A DNA stretch of 54,770 nt, filler included, from Sluysia triapertura (lineage: Eukaryota), in assembly GCA_046118255.1 (NCBI GenBank). It is 4 parts of 4 records of this genome, joined end to end, with 100 filler letters (N's around TTAATTAATTAA, not from the genome) between each part and the next. Parts side by side here need not be neighbours in the genome. Positions count along the whole stretch, not along the records: positions 1 to 16,292 come from JBJNIA010207368.1; positions 16,393 to 30,626 come from JBJNIA010002340.1; 2 more parts are not named here. One strand, given 5' to 3'. Of this stretch, positions 11,701 through 21,716 are shown piece by piece (the first letter of the stretch is position 1; the number at the start of each line of letters is the position of its first letter). The notes under the pieces are model-generated. The model saw only the letters and a list, made by a program, of their open reading frames with translations. It searched no databases and was not told where the DNA came from. The translations under genes and the position numbers were made by a program.

Positions 11701-14700
11701 TTCCTTTGATTTTATTTGCAGCCCGAATCAATCGGAATACTTTAATAAAGCCCAAGTTTCTTTGGACGACTTGATACAACAAACTTCATTCATTGACAGT
11801 CTTGTTCAACGAAATACCGAGTCCTTGAAACAAGAACTTGGTCTTAATGACTCCAAAACGAATTTAGGTAAGTTCTCTATGAATGCAGATTCCGCTATGA
11901 GACATTCTCACATTAGAAGCAAGTCTGCTGATAATAAACTGGTGTCAGAGAGATTTGTCAATTCGACGACACAATCTTTCCCGGAAAATTATGTAAATCT
12001 ATCCAAATCGAATTTAAATCAGCCGAAACGAAAGTCTCTTGTGTCGGTGCAGGCTTCATCAATATCACAGATTAATAATGTTCGTCCTCAATTCGATTCT
12101 TGCGATTCTTCGTTATCTAAGTGGTGGAGTGAATCAACAAATGAAAATTTATTAAAACAAATACAGTACAACAATCTGTGCCCATTCCCGCTCGTTAGGA
12201 ATACGTTTCTGTCATCGATATCTTCGTCATCGTCATCCACATCAACGTTATTAGGAAAATCGAATCCGTATCAACTTGAAAATGAGCATCGGAATCAACG
12301 GCACCCACGACAACATTTGCGACACCACAACCGCCATTCTCGACAAATTATTCGAAATACTAGTACAAACATTTTCGGATCCGACAACAGTTGTTACGAA
12401 ATTTACAATAAAAATTGTAGAAATATGAACTTAAACACCATTAGTTCTTTGATTCGCAACAACACCGGTTATTGAATAAACATTTTTTTGTTTATAGTTC
12501 AGTGTTTGTTTACCGAGTTGATTTTTTAACCAAAAACAATGCGCATATATCATATTGTTTATTTTATGAAAATGAATCAACTTGTCTAAATGTACTAAGT
12601 ATTTTTTTGTACTGGCCAAGTTCAATTAATTGTTTCCTTAATTTATTGTTTCGCACATTTTCCTTCAATGCTTGCTACATTGTAAACAATTCATTCTAGA
12701 TGAGATTAATAATATGTCAATTTTCTATTGGCTGATACAATTATAAGTACTTTGAAATTTTATCAAATAAAAAACCAAATTTTCAAAATAATTTTTCATT
12801 CTAATTATGAGTCATTGTTTTGATGATACCATTTATTCATCATTATTGTAAAGTAGGACGAGAAAATTATTCACCAATGACAAATTATTCATCTTCGAGC
12901 ATTTTTTGGTTATCTTTTAATTGAACAAACACATTTTGCTGCTACTTATAATTTATATTTTTCTTACTTTAGGTAGTCCGTTCAGAGTTCCAATTAAAGA
13001 TCCAGTTAATGCAGAGAAAGTTAAATGTTTCGGTTCTATTTTAAATCCAGAAGCAGTCCATCGTGCAGACACTCCAATCAAATTTGTCGTAGATGTTTCC
13101 AGAGCTGGAGAAGCGCCTTTAACGGTAAGGATGAATTAATTTAAATTGTGTTTCATACTTTTTCCTGCAAAACTTATAATTTTAGTCTTTCGATATTCGA
13201 TTCTTTCAAGTGGTGGTGACAAAATGCTATATTAAAAAGATATATTACCACTACTTTCATTTTTATAAATGATAAGCATTAGTTCGTGTAAGATACGAAA
13301 TTCCAGACAGTTTTGTTGCTAACCAAACTATAAGCCTATAGATACATGTCGCACAAAATTAATTGTATCTGTGCCTCATTTATTTATTACCTTTTATTAA
13401 TTTCTTGAATTTCAAACTTTTTAGCTATTTCACGGCGATACTTACGCTTTTTCTTCATTATTTTTGGCATGGTGCTACCATTTTTCGAGTCCACGAATTC
13501 GCTTATTGTCATTATTATCCTTAATCCCTATTACATTATTGATTTCAAGTATTTTCAGCACCACAAAGTATTTAATAACCTTGTGATAATTGACATGAAG
13601 TTGGACAATTAACTACTGATACATTATTTAAAAATCTGTGCTGTTGATGTAAAAATTCAATAAAAAGAATCGAGCTTAACAAGTATAACTTATATATCTA
13701 TTTTTAATGATATTTCTTTGGTTTACCTGTATAATTTATTCAATCAATTTATCAAACAGTTTCAAATTAAAATTTATTGAAATAATTCGACCGATATGCA
13801 TTCCTCACGCGAAGCTTTATTTGCCATAACATCTTTTATTACATTGTTCAATACTTAGATTTAAAAATTATTGTTATTTTATATAAGATAATAATAATTT
13901 ATTTAGATTGAAGTAAAAGATAGTCATGGCAATCTGTTGCCAATATCAATGGAACAGAGAAATGTGGCTGCACCAGGAATATACGATGTCAGCGTAATTC
14001 CAGAAATTGCCGACAAATACGAATTAGATATTCAATTTGCAAATCAGAACGTTCTTCCGGAATCCCCATATTTTGTTAATGTGCTACCGTCATCGGAACC
14101 AGACAAAGTTTTGTTAGACGGAGATGGAATCTTTCCAGAATTAGGGTACCTGGAAGCTGGTGTACCGGTACAATTTACCGTGGACGCTTCTAAAGCCGGA
14201 AAAGGAGATTTGGAAATTTCAATATTAGTTAGTACTTGAAAGCTTAAATGGTTAATGATAATATCGAATTAGAGAAGTATTTTAAGTATTTTTAATTGTG
14301 GAATGATTTAGAGGTTGTACCAAAGAACCGTGATATTACACAAACTCGACGGCTAGCTCATTTTCGAACTTCTTTATAATGATAATATTTTTATTTTCCT
14401 GCTCTACTTTAATGATTGTATTTTAATTTAGAATCCAGAAGGCCAACCAATTGCAATCCACGTAGTCGACGAAGGAAATGGAATATATAAGTGTCATTAC
14501 ACTCCGCAAGATGCTGGTCATAACCGTGTCAATGTTTCTTTCAATAATCATTTGATTACTGGAAAACCAATAAATGTCAAAGTAGTTCCTGTTGGTCAAG
14601 CTAAATCATGTTTTATAGAAGGTTTATTTGTTTTTTTATTCATAATTAAAAACAGATGGGAAAATCGAATATGTGCTACAAAATTCTGAATGTATCATTA

Positions 14701-15274
14701 CTGTCAATACAGCTGAAGCCGGTTTAGATGGAAAATTGTCCTGTCGAATTTTGCCAACAGCTGTTATCAATTCAAATGACCCCAAAGAGTTTGTTTATCA
14801 ATTGGTAAACTGTGATATTGATAATAATGATAATGGCACACATTCAATATATTATGTGCCAAAGCAACTTGGAGAACACACCATCGAAATAAAATTTGGT
14901 GGAGTATTAATCCCTGGCGGAAGATTCCAACAACAAGTATTAATTTGTATATTAAACAAATAATTAATTTTTATGCTACTCACTATAATAAATAGAATAA
15001 ATTTTATATTTCAGGTAGTCGATCAGATTAATTTATGCGAAGAAAAGGTATATATATTGTTGTATATTCTATTCATAACAATAATTATTGATTTTACTGA
15101 CTTTTAGTCTTATTGTATATTGGTTTAATGACAATATTTTTCTATTGGTTTAGTTTGAAATGAAAAAATCGAAATTACAAAATACTTCGTTACCTGCTAA
15201 TGGTTTGGATGAATCGCAATACGGTTTGTACCCTGTTACATTCAAATTTCCATATTCTGGTGACAATAATGAAT
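948..15274 (+). CDS. FLN: Filamin (actin cross-linker, Ig-like filamin repeats), partial multi-exon gene; 5' part lies before the window and 3' part is cut off by the contig end
   Basis: 14 exons joined at GT-AG sites with consistent phase give continuous filamin repeats with signature motifs ([53 protein letters not shown]), then a hinge-like linker and the start of a repeat-16-like segment ([11 protein letters not shown]). Confidence 0.96.
1305..1420 (+). mobile_element. Possible 3' remnant of an L2/CR1-type LINE in a filamin intron
   Basis: Broken-frame translation G-E-R-L-F...VPSLWNRL resembles the L2 C-terminal GxRxFS...PxLWNxL motif. Confidence 0.3.
1966..2166 (+). CDS. FLN: Filamin exon
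   Basis: Acceptor ttttcag|AC (phase 1); encodes DFVGANLDC...[26 protein letters not shown]; donor A|gttagt. Confidence 0.9.
2285..2751 (-). mobile_element. Internally deleted mariner element (~465 bp) with both TIRs, in a filamin intron
   Basis: Imperfect TIRs ttggtgcatcagttcgtg (2292-2309) and cacgaatgtatgcaccaa (2727-2744), with TA at both outer ends. The minus-strand ORF ends [27 protein letters not shown]...[12 protein letters not shown], a typical mariner transposase C-terminus. Confidence 0.8.
3517..3912 (+). CDS. FLN: Filamin exon (repeat-3-like and start of repeat-4-like)
   Basis: Acceptor aattag|GA; encodes [26 protein letters not shown]...AYGPGLE...DAGALG; donor G|gtaggt. Confidence 0.93.
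4023..4216 (+). CDS. FLN: Filamin exon (repeat-4-like)
   Basis: Acceptor ttccag|GC; encodes [19 protein letters not shown]...[12 protein letters not shown]...SPFMA; donor AAG|gttacc. Confidence 0.93.
5200..5490 (-). mobile_element. Possible Tc1-like transposase remnant
   Basis: Minus-strand frame [23 protein letters not shown] loosely resembles the Tc1 SVMVWGCFS..G.G.L segment; heavily degraded. Confidence 0.3.
5689..5737. repeat. (TTA)n microsatellite
   Basis: Read directly from the sequence. Confidence 0.95.
6414..6677 (+). CDS. FLN: Filamin exon (repeat-5-like)
   Basis: Acceptor ttcag|ATT; encodes IQVTGQGV...[11 protein letters not shown]...KSPYR; donor |gtaagt followed by a 39-nt intron. 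Confidence 0.9.
6717..7065 (+). CDS. FLN: Filamin exon (repeat-10-like)
   Basis: Acceptor attcag|ATT; encodes [11 protein letters not shown]...[11 protein letters not shown]...[11 protein letters not shown]; donor A|gtattt. Confidence 0.9.
7150..7731. mobile_element. Probable non-autonomous hAT-like element in a filamin intron
   Basis: GC-rich ends gggcgggcaagccgggcgaatgctcagaacgcc and aagggcgtcaaatttt...gtccgggttgctcaaaaccctagatctggcattg resemble common hAT-MITE termini; AT-rich interior. Confidence 0.4.
8528..8701 (+). CDS. FLN: Filamin exon (repeat-11-like)
   Basis: Acceptor ttttag|AA; encodes [16 protein letters not shown]...[17 protein letters not shown]; donor G|gttcgt. Confidence 0.88.
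8993..9316 (+). CDS. FLN: Filamin exon (repeat-12-like, up to just before the final beta strand)
   Basis: Acceptor ttttag|GT; encodes [17 protein letters not shown]...[22 protein letters not shown]...DEDIK; phase-1 donor G|gtttat. Confidence 0.93.
9432..12475 (+). CDS. Putative giant alternative exon of filamin (~1,012-1,014 aa, Ser/Asn/Asp-rich, probably largely disordered); cassette 9432-12467 or terminal exon ending at TGA 12475
   Basis: Open ORF of 1058 codons (9299-12475) in very AT-rich DNA. Acceptor ctcgttag|GT at 9431/9432 is in phase with the 9316 donor. Candidate donor G|gttatt at 12467/12468 is in phase with the 12973 acceptor. AATAAA at 12475-12480. Confidence 0.7.
12973..13124 (+). 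CDS. FLN: Filamin exon (end of repeat-12-like, start of repeat-13-like)
   Basis: Acceptor ctttag|GT (phase 1); encodes [21 protein letters not shown]...[12 protein letters not shown]; donor |gtaagg. Confidence 0.92.
13907..14227 (+). CDS. FLN: Filamin exon (repeat-13/14-like)
   Basis: Acceptor atttag|ATT; encodes IEVKDSHG...ESPYFVNV...[24 protein letters not shown]; donor |gttagt. Confidence 0.9.
14432..14621 (+). CDS. FLN: Filamin exon (repeat-14-like; absent from the ORF track)
   Basis: Manual translation [63 protein letters not shown]; flanked by tttag and G|gtttat; followed by a 34-nt intron. Confidence 0.9.
14656..14936 (+). CDS. FLN: Filamin exon (repeat-15-like)
   Basis: Acceptor aacag|AT; encodes [16 protein letters not shown]...[31 protein letters not shown]; donor |gtatta. 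Confidence 0.9.
15015..15047 (+). CDS. FLN: Filamin 33-nt microexon (hinge-1 region)
   Basis: tttcag|GTAGTC...GAAAAG|gtatat; encodes [11 protein letters not shown]; phase 0-0. Confidence 0.7.
15154..15274 (+). CDS. FLN: Filamin exon (hinge 1 and start of repeat-16-like)
   Basis: gtttag|TTT; encodes [40 protein letters not shown]; donor T|gttagt. Confidence 0.75.
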
Positions 15275-15966
15275 GTTAGTTGTTTAATTTGTTTTATTTT
15301 CAATATATACTTTGACGGTACCGCTATTTCTTTGACCACCATCATTTGAAATAACTTTTAAGTGGATAATAATAATTCCAAGATTTACAGGTGACGCAAT
15401 TCAAAATCAATGACTTGATTTTTTAAGAATATCATAATTCTGTGTTCAGTCGTCATCATTATTATCAGTTATGACGTAAGAAGCATCTGGTTCTAACTCG
15501 AAGTATCCCACTCTATTAATTTATGTTTGAATGATGGTGACATTTCACTATTATAAAATGGATAATGTGATTCTTATAACATTCGAATTATATAAGTGAA
15601 TTTTCTGCCAAATTTTATGTACTACAATTGATTAATCTCGTCTTTTTTTGTAAAACTTTAAAATAAGAACAATATTTATTTGATTCCGTCGTACGACTCG
15701 TTTTTCTATTCTCAATTTACAAAATTCAATAGTATGTGGTGTCTGGGAATTCAGTTAGATATAAATCGGAAGTGTATCTGTTGATTAAGTGAGATAATTA
15801 TTTAAAATGCATTATCTACTTATTTTAATAAGTAGATAATATTAAATTTATTTTATAATTAAACGCTTGATGTTTTATTTCGAAGTAGATATCAATAAAA
15901 TACTTACTAGACTAATTCAAATTTTCATTTTTTGACTAATTTCATTATTATTTGACTAAGTTCTCT

Positions 15967-16292
15967 ATTAAATACCATATATATGCTGATGACGTGCAAA
16001 TATATACTCAATTTGAAATGACCAACATAGAAAATACCATTCAAAGAACAGAAGAACTAGTATCTGAATTGATAAAATAGTTTGGAAATAAATACTTGAA
16101 AATAATCAATGAAGAAAAGTGAGAATTTATAATCTTCAGTAATAAAAATAGCGACAATACCAAAATAAATGAAACAGTGTTAATTGTAGATGCGAAGCAA
16201 AAATTATAGGCTATTTTATATGGATTCAAAATGAACATGGAAGAAAATATTAATTGTATTGTTAAAAAGTGTAAATATCAATTAAATAAAAT
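15967..16292 (+). mobile_element. LINE (L2/CR1-like) reverse transcriptase remnant, truncated by the contig end
   Basis: Encodes IKYHIYADDVQIYTQF (YADD catalytic motif at 15982-15993) and later MNMEENINCIVKKCKYQL; interrupted by stops and frameshifts. Confidence 0.8.
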
Positions 16293-16392
16293 NNNNNNNN
16301 NNNNNNNNNNNNNNNNNNNNNNNNNNNNNNNNNNNNTTAATTAATTAANNNNNNNNNNNNNNNNNNNNNNNNNNNNNNNNNNNNNNNNNNNN
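16293..16392. other. Artificial contig spacer (44 N + TTAATTAATTAA + 44 N)
   Basis: The same 100-nt structure occurs three times; the 12-mer puts stop codons in all six frames. Confidence 0.97.
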
Positions 16393-18026
16393 ATTATAAT
16401 AAATTCGATTATCATTGTAAATAAATATAAAATTTAGGTAATGAATAAAATTTTAAATTTATATTTAAATGAATAAAATTAATTTTAAAAAATATAAAAA
16501 AATTTAAACTATTTTTTAATTTAATCATATAAAATTGTTTTAATAAATCAATTGTAAACAAGCAATATGGCGTCCAGAATTACGATGCATAAGTAATGAA
16601 TTTTGGAAGTCATATGACCACAATATAATTGTAAACTTCAAAGAGGAAACAATCGAAAATCCATGATAAGAAAGTAAGATCATTGTTGTTAAGTTTAATC
16701 ACGTCCTCGTTTTAATTAGCTAAATTTGTAATATTAAAATGCTAATACTAAGGAATTATATTCCTTGAGTATAATTTAGAAGTATTATTGATATTATAAT
16801 TTTGTTTTGTATTTTTTGTGTATCATTTTGAGTGTGTATAAATAATATAAGGACTTTAGCTCTTACTGCCTTTTTAATAAATTAATTCCCAACATTCATT
16901 TTCCATACCTTAAAAAGGCTAGCTTAGTTTGTAAATTTCTTTTTAACATAACTAAAATCAATTAAACTGTACGCTAGAGCATAAATGCTAGATTAACCTC
17001 TTTGTATAACTGCACCATAACGGCTAGTTTAATTTGTAAATTTCAATTTAATTACGTGACTTTAATAAGAACACCTCTTAACCAGAAACTTACGAAACTG
17101 TGTAATCTACTTATTGAAAATTCAAGAAAAACGAATAGGACGTCCTCCTCATAGAGATAAATCGTACTAAGGCCTCTAGATGTTTGTGTAAGATTAGGAT
17201 TATTGCTCTTTCGTGTAAAAAATTTTGTTACATAAAAATAAAATAAGTCGTTTAATAATTTAACATTAAATAATTCACCCAAAATATTAATTAATGCTTT
17301 AATTTCAAAGCATATATATTAAATTTCATATTTACATTTTAAATGACATTAGTAAAGTAAACATTGTTAAATAAATATTATTAGTCACATGCTTTAAAAA
17401 TTTTTTTGAAAATGTGATACATAATGTTTTGTCTTCAATAATGCTATATTTATATACTTAACTAGGAATCCAACTTTGTGGGTTATCGATCATTTTTTCA
17501 TTGTTTATTATTGTTGTTGTTTTGCTGTTTATTTCATGAAAAGTAACGACAATATCACTAATACAATTAAGCTTACTTGTTCGTGCAACCGTCATTAACA
17601 AATATATAATTATTAATAATATTAATTAATTTCGAGCTTGGAAATAATTTGAATATAAGAAACCTTGCTCTTTTTTTTAAAATTCACCTCAATATATAAA
17701 TAATAATAATAAACAACAAAATAAAATTATGTTCGAATAAATATATAATTTTAAAAATAAAGTATGTTTACTCGATTATTTAAATAAATTATTTTAAAAT
17801 AATAAGAAATAATAAATCATTTTTTCATAACTGTCTAACATTGAATGCATACATTTGTAATAAAATATTTGAAATAATTACATACTATGTTTAGAACACA
17901 TTTAACAATTTGGATTTCGTTAAAAATCAAACAGAATATTTCATAGATTAAATGTAAAAGTTCAATAAAATCAGTGGTTTCAAGCAATATAAAATTATCT
18001 TCTAAACATTTTGTTGATTTTTAAGC

Positions 18027-18089
<63 letters not shown>
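18027..18089. repeat. (TTA)n microsatellite
   Basis: Read directly from the sequence. Confidence 0.95.
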
Positions 18090-18090
<1 letters not shown>

Positions 18091-21000
18091 AATAATAAAA
18101 TTATAAAATTATTTATAAAATAATAAAATAATTTTTCCTACTGAGTTCCAAAACAATCGACGACTTAAAACGTACAATAAGCGTGTCTATAGCTATGACA
18201 ACGATTACAGAACATAGACGTTAATATCTCCAAACACTAATTATTCTGTTGTGACTTAAAATGTCAAAAAAGCACACAGCATTTTCTTTACAGTAAAACC
18301 TAAAAACACCCAATAAAAAAAGCAAAACAAAAGTTCTTTTATTTTAAAATATTTTATTTTAGACTTCATTAAATCGAGCGGGAAAATGTAATTGATAGAT
18401 TTTGAGTCAAAATTTAAGGTTTATATTTAAGTTTAATATATTTCTCTAAATTAGTAATTAGAATTGGACTTTTGGAATTTGTTTATAAATGTTTTACTTT
18501 ACTTGTAACTTATTCAAGCTTTTAAAAATCTAATAAAAATTTTCTAACCTCTTTTTGCATCATCTGTAGTATTTTCATTATTATTTTTCTTTTAGGTTAT
18601 AATTATTTTTATCATTATTTAGATAAATTTCCATAAGAGTTACATAAAGATAAATCGTAATAAAAATAAACTTCAAAATCGTGATAAAAAAATATACACA
18701 ATTGTTTCCTACAACCATATTAGACATTTGTGAAGATTCTTCAAATGTATCTTTCAGTTTTCGTATATGTTTACAAAAATGTATTTCATTATATGGGTTA
18801 AATTTTTATTGTTTTATTAACATGTCGACGTACACTTTTTTCCTCATTTTGCCCAAAAACGCGGAAAATTATTTGATTTTGAAATTATTTGATGCTGCCT
18901 TAAGCAAATAAATATAATTTAAAACTAAAATTATCACGCATTTTTCAAAAAAAGTCTATAACCGTCAAGACATTAATATTCGTACAAAAAACGTTCTTCG
19001 CTGTTATATTTTTTGTTCATTGGAAGACTGCATTAATGCACGATGTGTGTTCATTATGGTCCGTTTTTATTAATGGAAATATTTTTGTCGGCAACATGTT
19101 GAAAGAAAATAATTTGTAATTATCTTTTTTTAGTACTTATTTAAATTTCTGAAAACTGTGTTTTAATATTATATCATCTTACTTTCAAAAAAATTAAAAT
19201 TTAAAAGACACTTAGATCTGTGCACGTATAACTGCACGTTTCAAAACATATGAACAGCATTAACATTTAATCAATATGCAAATAGTGCATTGTAGTTCAA
19301 AGTTAATTAACGTAAAATACACATTGATTGCAATCGTTTTTATTTTTATTATTCGTGATTATATTAACTTATACCAATTTCATCACTTTTATTTATGTCG
19401 AAATATGTCAAGGTCAAAATATTAATATCTATAATTATCTCGTTTTTGATTATTAATTTAAATTTATATTAATACTGTTTAGTTGAATAATTTATTCGAA
19501 ATAATTATATAATAAAATAATCAGATTTTTTCAAAATATAATTAATAAATTTGATCATAAAACAGATCGAATAACAATAGAAATTTATTCAATACTAAAT
19601 ATTTGCACAATCACTGATAATTTATGTATATTATATTATTATACAAAAGTGGCATTTGAAATTTCAAAATTTCATGATTCAAAATAAGTTAACCTATTAT
19701 TGGTGGTTATTTGGTCCATAAATAAAGCAATAAAAATCTAATTTTTCATTTAATAACCTTAGCTGATCTTAAATGACATTAATATTCTATGAAGTGATTT
19801 CGTTGAAGCTAAGACCACGGCATGTTCGATGACAGAATAATGTAATCGATTCTCTTGTAATCTATGTTCAACACATAAGATCTAATAAATTATACATAAA
19901 TCTTTTGACATTTCTTTATATTTACTGAGCCGTTTTATTGGACTATTTAAAAGATAAGCAAATTGTACTTTAAACTGTACTTTAAATAAGGTTGTCATTG
20001 CAGCTAATAAAGTGCAGTTTAGATTGTGGAAAATGATACTAATTAGTTAATATAAAAATCGTATTAATTTTTTTATTTAAAATGATATAAATGGTTGTAT
20101 ATGAGATATCATTTTGTTTATACTCATTAATATAACCTTGAGTTTCAATCAAGTAACGAACATTTAAGGATATTGTCCATGATTTAAACCGATAATTATC
20201 AGAATTATATTTCTATTTTAGAAATACTGTTTCTCTTTATACTAAACACCTTGCAGTTACATATATAACAAAAATTTTATAGCAGGGTACAAATTTAAAA
20301 AAAACTTAAGGAAACAATTTGTAGCAATTTTGACATACGAATATCCTTCTTCAATGTAAACAAGAATTATTTATCGTTCCACTTCTATAACTTCTTTCTT
20401 TTCGCCATTATAGAAAGATGTAGAATATTGTGAGTATTATGTCGCTTCAACAATAAATATAATAATCACAATCATAATAATAATTAAGACGTGACCCTCA
20501 TATAAATCGTGAAAGTACTATATAAAGCCACCAAAATGCTTAGTTAAAAAGACGACATTAATTAGTAACGTTATTAACTCCGAAATCTTTAGACAATTTT
20601 GTATTTTTTAGTGTAACATGGCATCGAACGGAGTATTAATCATAGATATCAACACATTTTTAAAATGAATATCTGAATTGTACTAAAATCTATCATATAC
20701 TTTTATACTTTTAATGTTGCAATAATAATATATGCAAACTTTCATTATGAAATATTTTATAAAGTAACTAAAGCAAAATAAAATAATATATATATATTTT
20801 TCTTTTTTCTATTAATCGTATTTAACAGTCAAATATCTTCTCTTGATTAATGATACAACACGACATCCACATCAAATGATTGGATTAATATGACCTCTCT
20901 TTGTGTTGCATATTTTAATAGAGTAGAGTATGAAAGGTCATCATATTAAATGTCAACTATGTTCTTAATTTGAATAACAATTTAACTTTGATTAGTGGCT

Positions 21001-21563
21001 ATCGTTAATTAAGTAATATCTTAAAATTTACAAAATCGAATAATGATTGATAATTAGATAAAATATTTATTAAATTATACTTAGGCAGTTGACATTTTCT
21101 TAAAATTATATATGGTTAGGTTGCCATTACAAATTTTAACAAAATTCTGAAATTTTCCTTCATTCTTAGTTTGACACAGTAAAATGTTTCAACTAGTTTC
21201 AACACGATCTTGGAGGTTGCACAATATCGTCAATTCATCAGGATAATTTAATTACCATGATTTATATTTGCCGATAATTTTGATTAATAGTAAGTTTATT
21301 CATTTAAGGACTTTAAAACATTTCATTAATTATTTATTTAGGCTAACCTCATTTTAAACTCAGTACATTATTATAATTAAAGACGAAAATTCCTTAATTT
21401 GTAAATTAACGATTATATACTTTATTTTCTTATTTTGAGTACTATTTTTTAATTTTGTTATTAATGTTTGTGTCTAACGCACAATAAAGTGTACTTAATA
21501 AAATTGTACTTTAAATATTAGGTTTGTTCCATTTGTATTTAAAGTTTAAAAAAGAATAAGCTG

Positions 21564-21716
21564 TTTGACTTCAATAAATTGACTGACCGGGAATCGAACC
21601 CGGGACCTATCGCTTCATAGCCATACAGTTCGATGCTATGACCACTGAGCTAACAATTTTAACTTTTTTAAAATATAGTCAATTATGGTATCAATATTCT
21701 AAATGGCTCTTTAGAA
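21564..21716 (-). mobile_element. tRNA-derived interspersed repeat (SINE-like or tRNA pseudogene), copy 1
   Basis: Minus strand has A-box TAGCTCAGTGG and T-arm/B-box CCGGG-TTCGATT-CCCGG. The 5' acceptor strand is missing. Flanks are shared with the copy at 28167-28316. Confidence 0.75.

Noticed and set aside
16337-16348. TTAATTAATTAA palindrome as a biological site (also 30671-30682 and 42559-42570)
   Set aside because: It is centred in identical N runs, so it is a six-frame stop linker added during assembly.
21580-21652. Functional tRNA gene
   Set aside because: The 5' acceptor strand is deleted, the anticodon stem pairs poorly, and the anticodon differs from the sister copy.
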